The notes below the pieces were generated by a model. The model saw only the letters and a list, made by a program, of their open reading frames with translations, made no database searches and had not been told where the DNA came from. From the NCBI GenBank assembly GCA_040954595.2, contig CM082593.2:7228043-7292042 (forward strand): DNA of 64,000 nucleotides. Direction: 5' to 3'. The position numbers and the translations under genes were made by a program. Of this stretch, positions 13,941 to 25,237 are shown one piece after another; the stretch's first letter is position 1; every line of letters starts with the position of its first letter. The stretch is from Balanoglossus misakiensis (lineage: Eukaryota; Animalia; Hemichordata).

Positions 13941-15331
13941 TGTAACGGAAATTATGTCGGACTTAGGTCCCAAAAATTGTCAAGCCTTAGTGAACGACGA
14001 ACTTTGGACCAAACAGCCAACTCAACGGTAGCGTAAACGTAGCACGATCGAGCCTTGACGGCGTAGACCGGTCCGTTACAAGTCCGGGTTCGATTTACTT
14101 TGCGCACGGCAGAACGTGCGCTAAGAGATGTGCTGGAAAAATGCAGTAGAAACTGCTAACCGACCGACCCGAGCGTTGCGCTCACACAAATACCAAGAAA
14201 AACCTCGGAATTACGATCCGTAGACAACTGGACCTCCCAGAGGTTACAGAAAAGCTGTTCCCACAAACGTGGAGAAGGGTTTGAACGAAAATATAGGAAA
14301 GATAGAGGTAAAGTACGAATTCAGATAACTATACTCGAGAGCACGATGCTCACAGTTCAACCGCCATGTCTAGTCTGCTTTTGGATGTCGAGGGGAGTCA
14401 CTATACATGCAACAAGCCCACGTGATACACTACAAGCTGCGCCCCGATCGTGGAAAATTGACAGTTTCTCCTGCTATGGGGTGTCTCAGTCTGAGCATCA
14501 GGAAAAAGTCGCATTTCTTGGGATACGAGTCTTGTGTGCGGCGTTGACCTAGCAATTCCGTGACAACTCCATTGTACTACAGCACAGGTGCGAGGTACAC
14601 TTAGACGAAAAAATCGATAACCCTATTCAACAATGTATAAGAACAATAGAAGCAACACCTGGGGAAAGTCTACAGCTGCAGAACGCAGACTGAACGAACA
14701 AGCAGCACAAATTTTATCCCGCAATGCCACCAATGTAACGGAAATTATGTCAGACTGAGATCCCCAAAATTGTCAAGCCAATAGTGAATGACGAACTTTG
14801 GACCAAACAGCCAACGTAGCACGATCGAGCCTTGACGGCGTAGACCGGTCCGTTACAAGTCCTGGTTCGATTTACCTTGTGCACGGCAGAACGTGCGCTA
14901 AGAGATGTGCTGGTAAAATGCAGTAGAAACTGCTAACCGACCGACCTGAGCGTTGCGCTCACACAAATACCAAGAAAACTAAGGAATTACGATCCGTAGA
15001 CAACTAGACCTCTCAGAGGTTACAGAAAAGGTGTTCCCACAAACGTGGAGAAGGGTTTGAACGAAAATATAGGAAAGATAGAGGTAAAGTACGAATTCAG
15101 ATCACTAAACTCGAGAGCACGATGCTCACAGTTCAACCGCCATGTCTAGTCTGCTTTTGGATGTCGAGGGGAGTCACTATACATACAACAAGCCCACGTG
15201 ATACAAGCTGCGCCCCAATCGTGGAAAATAGTTTCTCCTGCTATAGGGTTTCTCAGTCTGAGAATCAGGAAAAAGTCGCATTTCTTGGGATAGAGTCTTG
15301 TGTGCGGCGTTGACCAAGCAATTCCGTGACA
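13941..15331 (-). mobile_element. TRIM-like non-autonomous LTR retroelement (two ~600-bp LTRs, 168-bp internal region)
   Basis: Direct repeats 13941-14565 and 14734-15331, each TGTAACGGAAATT...AATTCCGTGACA (TG..CA, inverted termini). On the minus strand, a PBS-like TGGTGGCATTGCGGGAT (14732-14716) follows the 5' LTR. Flanks ATAT/ATAG. No coding capacity. Confidence 0.8.
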
Positions 15332-15867
15332 ATAGGCTATATATATATATATACCAGTGGGACCTTATGGGATCGGTTGCGTCTGTATGTATGTAGATGG
15401 GAGTTTGTTCAAATGAAGTTGTCATTGCCAAAAGTATGCAAATTAGCTGGGAAAAACCTAAATTTGGTCAAAACTCAACAACTACTGGTCATATTGATTT
15501 GAAAATTCATTTTTGTCTTTTTCCACATTTTTGGTTAAAAATCTACTTTTCTGGAATTGATCAGAGCGGCAGCCATCTGGAAAAGTCGATTCACGCACAT
15601 TTCATGTCCGGACTTCAAATTCTTTGTCAACAATAATAATGGCCAGTAGTCATATACAGGCTCTGTTGAGAAACTAAGGACTGAGCATTTTTGTAAAGCT
15701 ATCCAGAGTAGAGCAAGAAACCGGAGTTGATACATGGGGGAGAAAAAATACTGGAAAAATGGCGAAAAGGTAGATTTTCTGAAGCTTTAAGAGATACGTG
15801 TATTGGCAATTTCTATTACAAGGACGTTGACACTACTCACAAAACCACGAAAAAGTAAGTACAGTAC

Positions 15868-15916
15868 CTTGCCCGACGGCTGTGGCGACAAGTGTAAAGA
15901 TGATCAATATTCGCAA
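15868..15916 (-). pseudogene. Orphan signal-peptide exon 1 of a lost sixth CUB-LDLa-protease paralog
   Basis: Reads TTG-RILIIFTLVATAVGQ-G|GTAC, with the same 49-nt length and phase as exon 1 of copy A ([17 protein letters not shown]) and copy C. Start codon is TTG; no downstream exons found before FRAS1. Confidence 0.72.
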
Positions 15917-16551
15917 GTCTCTTTTGTCAGAATGGAGACACCTGGTATACTCTGACAAAAAGCACGCGACCTCAGAATGAAGGCACCTTCTCGGCTAAGG
16001 TGACCAATAGCGAGCGGGTGAAATTTGCATCCACTGTCACCTGGTTGGGGATGAAAATGTTGATTCACGACTTGAGCTATGCCACAGTCCCCCGATCAGA
16101 TGGGCGACAGATGTAAGGTGGGGTAACTCACGCGGTATACGTATGCATTTATGTATGAATTTCTTCAATCTACACGTGATAAATATCGCGTATTCACTTC
16201 ACGCAATTTTTTTATCCGTCACTGAAAAGAGTGGAGCGTGGCGTTTAAGTCCTTTCGGATTAGTGTGTGCTACTCTTTTTTTTTGGGGGGGGGGGGAGGG
16301 GGAATCAGGAATGGATGCAACTAACAGGTTTCCCGCGCAACTACCGTAATTTCTTGGTAACAGAAGCTATTTCCTGTTTTCCTTAGAATATGCCAGAGAA
16401 ATTGACAAACAGACACATAGGCAAGTTTATATGTGATAGAGAATTATTATTGGAAATTGCGTTTAAAATTCCATATTAGTAAAAGTGAAACGAATTCAAT
16501 TCGATGCCGAGTGTTTGTTAACATTCATCTCAGATCAAATGTACAAAAAGA

Positions 16552-19500
16552 TTAGTTATTGAGCATAGTGTCTGTGATCCATGGAATTACATGGGCTACG
16601 TTGCCATAGAGACCGGGTTTGTTTGCATCTGCGCAATTATGCGAACTGGTTGTGCGGTCACCGATCACTCCAGCCAAGTACCATCTGTCATCTGCGCTGC
16701 CGGGACCTGGTGGTCTATACCAGACCATGGGTCCGCCATCATCACCCTGAAAAGCAAACGAACGGGTTTCAGTTTATTAAACCATTCCTTCCACGTCACT
16801 TAGACCCTTGATCAAGGGACTGACGTTTAGCTTATAAGGTTATACACAAGTATTTGGCAGGCAGGATGTAGATTTAATTTTTTGACACAAGCACGTTCCC
16901 CCTGTGTACAAGGGTCGGAAAGAGCTTATGAACTTTGGAGGGTGCTGTGGCCAGGCTGATGCGACGAACACACTTTCCGTGATTCTTCCCGTTTAACACA
17001 TGTATACTGAATCCACACTTACCGCACAAGCATCAACGGTAGAACTGCCGGCACACATCAGACTTGGCGTCACTTCGCCATTCCAGCGGCTTGGGTCGTT
17101 GCAATAAGCGGTGTCGTAGACTTGGACAGTGGCTTGCTGGAGCATCACACTGCCAACATCTTGGGCTGTCAAGCAATTGCCATGGGAACACAAGTATACA
17201 ATATCAGTGCCTTACAATGATTTATATAATCGGCAGAAAATAGCTTTGCACACTGACTTATTTGACAGGCAATGTCACAGAGACCGGGTTGTGAGGTTAT
17301 ACATGAACTTAAGTTTCATGATGATGATGATGATGATGATGATGAATGGTGATGATGATGATGATGATGATGATGATCTTGATGATGATGATGATGATCA
17401 CACATGCTCACCTGAAACGGTGTCTCCCCAACCGGTTATGACAGTTTCAGTACCATTTCCAAAGACGTCCGACTCTGAGGGAAGACATACATCCAAGTGC
17501 CAGTCATTTACAAAAGATATTCTACCCTTGACCTTCACCAAAGCAAAGTTGTAATCGTCTTTGAAAGGCGCATACGAAGGGTGGACGAAGATTTGTCTTG
17601 CGTCGTGTTTGGCTTCATATGGATCTTTCGCAATGTAGTCATGGTTGCCAGTGATGACATCAAACACCTGGGGATTGTCTCTGCTCCTGTTTAGAAATAT
17701 TAATTAAATACTTGTTAAACAACAACAACAACAACAACAACAACACCTGCTGCTGCTACATAGTGATGCACAAGATCTAACGTCGAACATCCGTGAGACT
17801 ATTTCACAACTATTTCAGCGTCCAGGGAATACATTATAAAAATTTCCCCAATTGTGTGCATGATTGTTCATTTATCTGGCCCCCTATCCCATTTCTACCG
17901 CTGGCTGCGCTAGTCAGGCTATTGTCAATTATGACGCACATTGGACAACAAAAACGAGCACGAAATTATGTTTGACATGGCGTTATCTTCAAATTGACCA
18001 GGTTAATAGGGGGATTGAAAGGGTCAACCGGAAGTAGAGTAGATCGGTAGATTGCGTGTACAATTAATACTTACACATAGACGCAAGTAGCTGCAGTGAT
18101 AACCCACAGATTATTAAGAATAGTCGCTCCACACCTGTGCTCAAAAGACAGTTCGATAGAGGCCTGTATAAAGAATGACAGTGGAGGTAAAAAGGTAGAT
18201 AGATTTTCTGTGAACGTGGAAGGAGTCACGTGATAGTGCAGACGACACTTCCAAGTTCCATGCGAAGATTTTCCCCACATTCTAGAATGGTCCACTAAAC
18301 ATCACATTTCTTTTTAGAAAGCCCAGAGTCGTGACGTAATACATGCGAATCAAGTGATCTGGGGAGAATTTGATTCAGCGTCACCTTCTGCTGAACGTTT
18401 TTCTTGTACATCTGATAACGTCTCATCAATCTTGCATTTGCAAAGATCTAGATGTGCCCTGGCCGGCGTTCTAATCTCACCTGCCATGGCCAGCTGCCTG
18501 GGACGGCCTCCTCTCCTCCGATGACATTGACCGACAATGTACCATTGCCGATGACGGGTTGGATAACAGGCCTTCCACAGAGGTCGGAGTTCTCTGGAGA
18601 AGGGAAGGTGATATAGTTTGTTTTGGTGATGGTGAGTAACAATGCATAACACAGCACAACACACACTAGCAACCATTAGAAAACCCTACATTGGTAATGT
18701 ACAACCACACTCATTCATGGATTTCGAGTTTTAGCCAACCGGCTGCTATAAACACGAATCTTTTACATATCCTCAGGCTTGACCGAACAACAGAGGTCTG
18801 GATTCTCGTACCGGGACAACCCATCTCATCTTCGCCATTGGTGCAGTCTTGTACGTCGTCACACCGTTGCTCAACGGGGATGCAGTAGCCGTTGACATCA
18901 TCACCGCATCGGAATGTAACACCACTTTCACAATCGACTGGAACATAATTTAATATCATTTCACGAGTAAGTTTGGGGAAGCGAAATTAGAGGTGGATAC
19001 CATGTTGGTCGGCCAATTTCTGGATACAAAGTCATAGTAGATTTCAGTGATGCAAATGCAAATAAATAATATGGTTTAATGCTGATGATTTTAGAGGATA
19101 GGAATTACATTTGAAGTATTTTACTGTGGAAAACAGGTATTGCATTTGCTTTCACCAAATGTGAATGCAAACTTAGCTGTCTTACCAGGCTCATCCCGAG
19201 CATTCCAGACAGCACTGAATCCATAATATTCGACACTGGCATCCGACACGAACTCGACGAACATCAGTTGAGCGGTGGAGACCGTTGGGTTTGGAACCGA
19301 GTGGCCGCACATCTGTCTGAGGATGGGGTATGTGTCGTCGAGGCCGTCGAAGGCGGTCACGCTATCATAGCGGCAGTTTGGAGCTGCCTCAACTGAGAAG
19401 TAGTCAAATTCTAATTGTATTGCCTGAGTGTGGGAGGGAGGGAGGGAGAGAGAAAAAGAGAGAACGAAATAAGGAGAGAGAGAGATGTGAACAAATACAT

Positions 19501-22500
19501 TTACATATTGTATTAGTACGTGCTCTCTCTAACCATTTCTTTTCTGCTATCTGTGCTCTGGCATACAATGACGTCGTCACCAATTTCAATCTGCACAAGA
19601 CACAGTCGAATAATTCGCGCGCCATTCTTCATGTTCTTGGCCAAAAACAATCCCGCTTGCCAGGCAACGACGAATCTGTGCTCCAGTGAGACATACTAGT
19701 ACTAGTATAATGAAGGCCAATTAATTTGCATAATACTAGCATATCATTTGCATAGAATTAACATAAAGGGAACAGCTAGGCGTTTTCTTTGTGTGCATGC
19801 AACTGTCTTGCGTGACTGGGCAGAAAAAACAACAACATCCCACACCTGGCCCATCATCACCGACGTTTCCAGTATCCAGCTGCAGTAGGCGTTACTGTCG
19901 TATCTGACATTTTCTGGGTCATAGTTCATCGAGGTGAAGGCCCCATTCAGTCCAAATTGATGTTGCTCATTGCCACAGCCAGAATCTGAAAGTAAAGCAG
20001 AATAGAAGGCGCACAACTTTTGAAAATCGAAGTCGTTCATTAAAGGTATACGGTCATGCACCTAGGGAAAATTAGCTATAGTTACCACGGAAAAATGAGA
20101 TCTAGCCAATCACAGACCTTCAGTGGGTGGCACACGCCATATGTTCTTTATTTTAGGACGCTAAAATACTCCATTTCAGCCATATATGGGCGTATGTAAA
20201 TTGGAGGTGACTGTATACCTTTAATATTGTCACGAAATCTCGGAAAACACTGCGAATACTTTAAAGGTTCAGCACCTAATAAAGCACTCTGGGGAAATTC
20301 TCACAGAAATCTGCAGTGTGGTAACGTGAACGAGTTTTCGATGACGACTGTCACTGAAGCGTTCGACTTGTGCGTGGACAGAACACGCACTTGTAAAGCT
20401 GGGCTTGGGCGACAGAACACCCGTCCCGACTCAGACGGACCGAATAAGCAATAGCACCGGAAAAATAGCTACGTAAACCCACCGATCTAGCAATCCAGCC
20501 TCACAGAGGCGTACTAGTGATGCATAGAAATGGAGTTGAACGTAAATAAACGCAAAATAGCGGTAGCCAAGAGATTGGATCAGGAGCACACGAAGTGCAC
20601 TGTTAGCTGCAAGATGGCTACCTCAGAAGTGACTCAGAAGGTGGAAAGAGTTGCCTATATATGCGCATATGACATGTGACCTAGTCTCCGCCCCTCAATG
20701 GGTGAGTGACATACCATGCACGGGGACGTTGTACCTGAAAATCAGGGATATTGCCTATTTTTCTCAATCACCTGTAAACCCATAGCCTGAGCCCCTCCAC
20801 ACCATTGGGCTACCAAGCGCGCGTGTAATGTCAGGTATTTCACGACAATATTATAGTGGAGAGAAGGCAACCCAGAAAAGGCACATTTGTCAAACTTTCC
20901 CAGGTTAAGATTAGACGAACTTAAAATGAAATCTATTCATTACTATTCTTTTGGATTTGACACAGGTACCCGCATAAGGGCAGAAACTGCAACACCGAGC
21001 AGAAATTCCAAGGCATAAAATATAATTGATGCAAGGCTTATAAACAAGAATATTAAAACTGATATCAGGCCATTTTCATTGGTGTATCCAGCCAGTACTG
21101 TAGGTTCCCTGTCTACACTGCGTAATGATAGTTTTAAGTTATTTAGGAGTGGAATGGTCGGAATCCTATGCTGTGTTGTAATTATGTCAAAAATGCCAAA
21201 TCAGCGGATGCGCTCGTCATGACAATGTCCTGCCGAACGAGTTGTGAGATGGGTGGGGCGGATGGGAGCTTGTAGTATCATCCCGCCGTATTGTAAGATG
21301 TCACCAGATGTACTACTTTCTCTGTATTTATATGCTTGTATATACATATTCATGAACCTATACATATTCAACATAGGTTTAACCAATCATCACACAGTGT
21401 AGACAGCCAGCTGGGCCTTTGAGTCGGTGACCAAATCGGAATTACCCGAAGAGCACCACCACACCCCCTGTAAGTAAGACTGCCACTTTCTTCTTGCACA
21501 TGGACGAAAACTAGATACAACCTCAGAAAATATGAACGGAAAAGAGGCACTATGATGCTTTTGACACACTCGTGGTGTTGTGTTTGGTTTCTGTGCTAGG
21601 TGGTGTTGTCGGAAACGGGTGTTCGAGCCTATTGAGTTGTACAGCAAATAAACGCAGATTCGCAACATCCAACGCCCGGGCACCCTAACGCTTTTGGAAT
21701 TCTGCCACCTGATGCTTCAGCCAAACAAGAAGATAATTGAAAAATACAACGTTGTACAATGTCTATTTTGGTGGATATCGTTGCTGAAGTTATGGAAATA
21801 TGAAAAAAAAATCCAATTTATCATTATCTTGGCATTAACGACGTGTTGAGAGGCTAAAATCATGACACAAAATGACCGCAGTGGATTCAGACGAAGAGAA
21901 GTTATTCTGAATTCTGTTTTGAACTTTGACCCATATGCCCAGTAGTTTGCAAAATGTCGCCATTCGCACGATTACATCCATTATCTATGTATTTCGTTTT
22001 AGCAGCAGCGGCTGGAACAAACGATAACACACAAAAAGCCAACATTTTGATTATTTTGAAAAATAGCGTCTGATGCAAATGTAGTACTTGTCTTCCACAA
22101 TTCGGAATGGCCGATATGGTTTTAAAAACACGACAAAGATCTTTAGGCGTCTTCTCTACACATTTTAGTAGATTCATGGAAGATTGGGAAACGTTGACAA
22201 ACAGTTTAGACACCACCTGGCCAAAACTAGCACAAACTAGTTGCTATGTTCGAACTCATTTAACATATTCTTTGCCCTTCCATTATCGAACATAGTTTTG
22301 GTTACTAGCCAGAAAAAAAACATGGAACCGAATTGAATTTCAGTCAGATATTGAAATTTGAATTAATTTTAATCTTTCAAGAATAGTAAGCGAATACAAG
22401 CAAATTTTCAAACTATTTGTGGCAGCCGTTGGACAGCAAGAGTCGTCATTTCAGTTCAACGGTGCCTAATATTTCCCCCAGGGACCATAAAACCAAATAA

Positions 22501-22554
22501 CTTACCCTGCCCGAAGGCCGCGGCGAAAAGTGTAAAAATCACCAAGATGCGCAT
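16552..22554 (-). CDS. Secreted CUB-LDLa-trypsin-fold serine protease homolog, copy A (non-catalytic, T/N/D triad), about 455 aa
   Basis: Exons (minus): 22554-22506, 19985-19846, 19423-19186, 18937-18812, 18593-18481, 18163-18075, 17686-17412, 17165-17023, 16746-16552; all GT-AG, no stops. Motifs: SVN|VIGG, TAATC, DYNFAL, DACAGDDGGP, GVIGDR. Confidence 0.9.
17318..17399. repeat. (GAT)n microsatellite in intron 7 of copy A
   Basis: Direct reading of the sequence. Confidence 0.95.
20044..20220. mobile_element. TTAA-flanked MITE
   Basis: TTAA|AGGTATACGGTCA...TGACTGTATACCT|TTAA; a partly similar element lies at about 56116-56232. Confidence 0.7.
20228..20847. mobile_element. Solo LTR (620 bp) in intron 1 of copy A
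   Basis: TGTCACGAAAT...ATTTCACGACA termini with an exact 4-bp ATAT target-site duplication on both sides. Confidence 0.75.
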
Positions 22555-22616
22555 CTTCACTGTCGTCAGGATGGCCAAGTCTCTCAAAGAATGAAAGCGC
22601 CTTCTCTAATAAGAAA

Positions 22617-22669
22617 GATATATATGACTAACACAGTGAGCATGTGAAATTTGCAAATATTGTCATCTG
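22617..22669 (-). promoter_or_regulatory. Proximal promoter of copy A: TATA-like box plus E-box/TTTCAC module
   Basis: Minus strand CAGATG-N14-TTTCACA about 90 bp upstream of ATG, then TATATAT; position-conserved in paralogs. Confidence 0.55.
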
Positions 22670-23135
22670 TTTTAATTAACGTGATGATTAATAGTTGAGT
22701 CGTGCGAGACAAATGTCGATCGCTCGGTAGATTTGGAGCGGCAGATAAAACATAGCTCACACGACGTGTGTTATAATCTCAAAGCGTATCGCGTTTTAAG
22801 GTAACGATGTCTGGGGAAAATTAACTTATTACGACGTTTATCGATGTAATTTCTAGGTATGAATTCCATAAATTAATAAATTTGACAGATGTGTGTCAGA
22901 TAGTTTGTGGACATATCGTCTCGTAATCTGTGACGATAATGCATACCCCAGAGTCTATGGACAGTCTGCATGTTCCATTTATTTTGATAACTAAATTTTC
23001 GCGTTTTCAAAAGGCTGGTATACATATCCAAACCTGCCTACATTTGTTTATGTTTATTAATGGAGGATTAGGCCTATAGGCTATATTGATCAGGACATCA
23101 GCTTGGGTATTAACCTCCTCATCAGACCTATTTAA

Positions 23136-23370
23136 AGGGAAGCGGTCGTCAAGCCGCATTTGTTTGTTTATAAACATTACAATTCATCCACAAATCCCTG
23201 AAATTAGATAATTCTCAGAATGAACGAAGCAGCCTACCGTTGCAAAGAATGGGCATGACAGCAGCTGAAGATCCTAGTAGGTCGTGGCGACTGCAGTGGG
23301 GTTTGCGCTTGTATGGGAGGACATATTCTCGTGAAGGGGGACACCCACGCGGCGAGACGACCCCTTCACT
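23136..23370. mobile_element. TTAA-flanked MITE, family 1 (inverted copy of 998-1226)
   Basis: High reverse-complement similarity to 998-1226; TTAA at both ends. Confidence 0.78.
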
Positions 23371-24360
23371 TTAATATTGCGTCTGCTTGTTCTGATATAT
23401 TCTTCGTTTTTTCTAATCTCAAATTTATCCCAAAAATGCTGCCTGCTATAGTAAAGATCCGGATTGCATATTGCCAATATTCTGCCTTTTTTGGCGGAAC
23501 CAAATACAATTCATTCCCCCCAACAATCAGTGGTGCTGTGTACAAAATCACAGCCAACATTCCTATCAAAGATTAGATTATTCGCCAATGACCCAGTCGT
23601 TCACCTTGGCGATCCTAGGATGCCTCTTGTTTGGTCACGTGCTTGCAAGCCGTCATCCAGTCAAGGTTGACACGGTCACGGACGAAGTCCAACATTATAT
23701 TTTCAGGCATCCCGAAGCCATTTTCAGAAATGTGGCCAGTTTTTATTGAAAATGAACACTGACAATTGAGAACTAAATATATTACCGTATTCTCATGGCA
23801 TCTACGACTTGAATTTGATAAGTGATCTACATGTGGCTGGCAAACGAATATTATGGCGAAGATTGTTTCCTCAAACTCAGACCATATACATATTTTGAAA
23901 GTTTGCTTTTTTGTTCATGGGTGATTGTGGGACTCAGTATATTGGCCATGAGACTAAACCGGTTCTTCAGTTGTTTTCTCGGTTTGCTGGCCAGTGCCCT
24001 AAGATCCAGGCCACTGAGCTTTCTATCTCGGAGCCAGACAATGCATTCCAGCCAGTGCACCTGTTGCGGTCACACTCAGGGTGTTACCCGCGGGTTCAAG
24101 GGGTCACCGTGTTCTACTTTCGGACATCGTGTGGCAAGGTCGCTATAGGCAGACAGTGTGCAAGCCTTATGATTTAAGGCCAAACGAAATGTTAAGCCAA
24201 GAGAATTTGCAGTGTACAATTAACGACGAAGTGACAATCTTGGTAAAGGAATACAACTTTATTGCGTACTTGTCTTTACATCACAACAATACCAATGCTG
24301 ATTCAAAGCACTGAAATGCACTCAGAAGATGTCTGTGACCACTTGCTACACTGTAAAGCA

Positions 24361-25201
24361 TCAGTTATTCCTCATGGTGTCTTCGATCCACGTAACCACG
24401 CTCGGAACGTACCCGTACAGACCGGGTTTGTCAGCCATGGCGCAGGCGTTGGTGTTTCGGTCGCCGATGACACCGACCAGGTACCATCGATCATCGGCTG
24501 TGCCCGGGCCGGGTGGCCGGTACCAGACCATTGGACCTCCGTCGTCGCCCTGAATAGCAAAAATAACAACCCGACCGGCAAATCTTTTTATTTTATTATG
24601 TGAACAATATATTACTTTCACCCCTAAGGAGGTTTGGTTAAGCATGTTTTACTCCATTTCAAAATATCATCTTTGAATATATCCAAACGTGTTTTTTTCT
24701 CTCAAATAGTTGTGTCGTCTGCTGATATTTGAAGTTCACAATGATCACACAATCCACCCATTAAAATTGGTTCTGATTGATTTGTGGTATGCAAAAGTGT
24801 CTCATGCTAAACTATGAAATCTTGTGTCTAAAACTTTGCTGTTTACTATTGGCTTATCGTTTTATCATGCAATTACTAGTGGGTGCAATGCTGATACACG
24901 AAAGTGTCCTCACCGTACACGCATCGTTATCGCCACCAGCACAAATCAGGGAATCTGTCACCGCGCCATCCCATCGGTGTGGTTCGTTGCAGTAGGCTCT
25001 GTCGTGGATGGCCACGCTGGCTTGGAGAAGCACTGCACTGCCCGCATCACTGGCTGTATGCAAGAAAGTGCTGCGTCAATTTGGGGGTTATTCTCTCTAA
25101 AGCTTACAGACCTTTAAAGCTTGCATACGACCACCATCATCACCATCACCACCACCACCACCACCATCATCATCATCACATATTCGTCGTCGTCGTCGAC
25201 G

Positions 25202-25237
<36 letters not shown>

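Noticed and set aside
14346-15313. Duplicated short ORFs MLTVQPPCLVCFW...
   Set aside because: They lie inside the two LTRs, differ by frameshifting indels and resemble no retroelement protein.
21200-21800. Coding-like stretch with RVCQKH (THAP-like?) in intron 1 of copy A
   Set aside because: No complete THAP motif and frames are interrupted; at most a decayed transposon fragment that needs BLASTX.
23380-24150. Short ORFs between copies B and A, possibly a decayed coding remnant
   Set aside because: Multiple stops and no recognisable motif; cannot be supported without a homology search.
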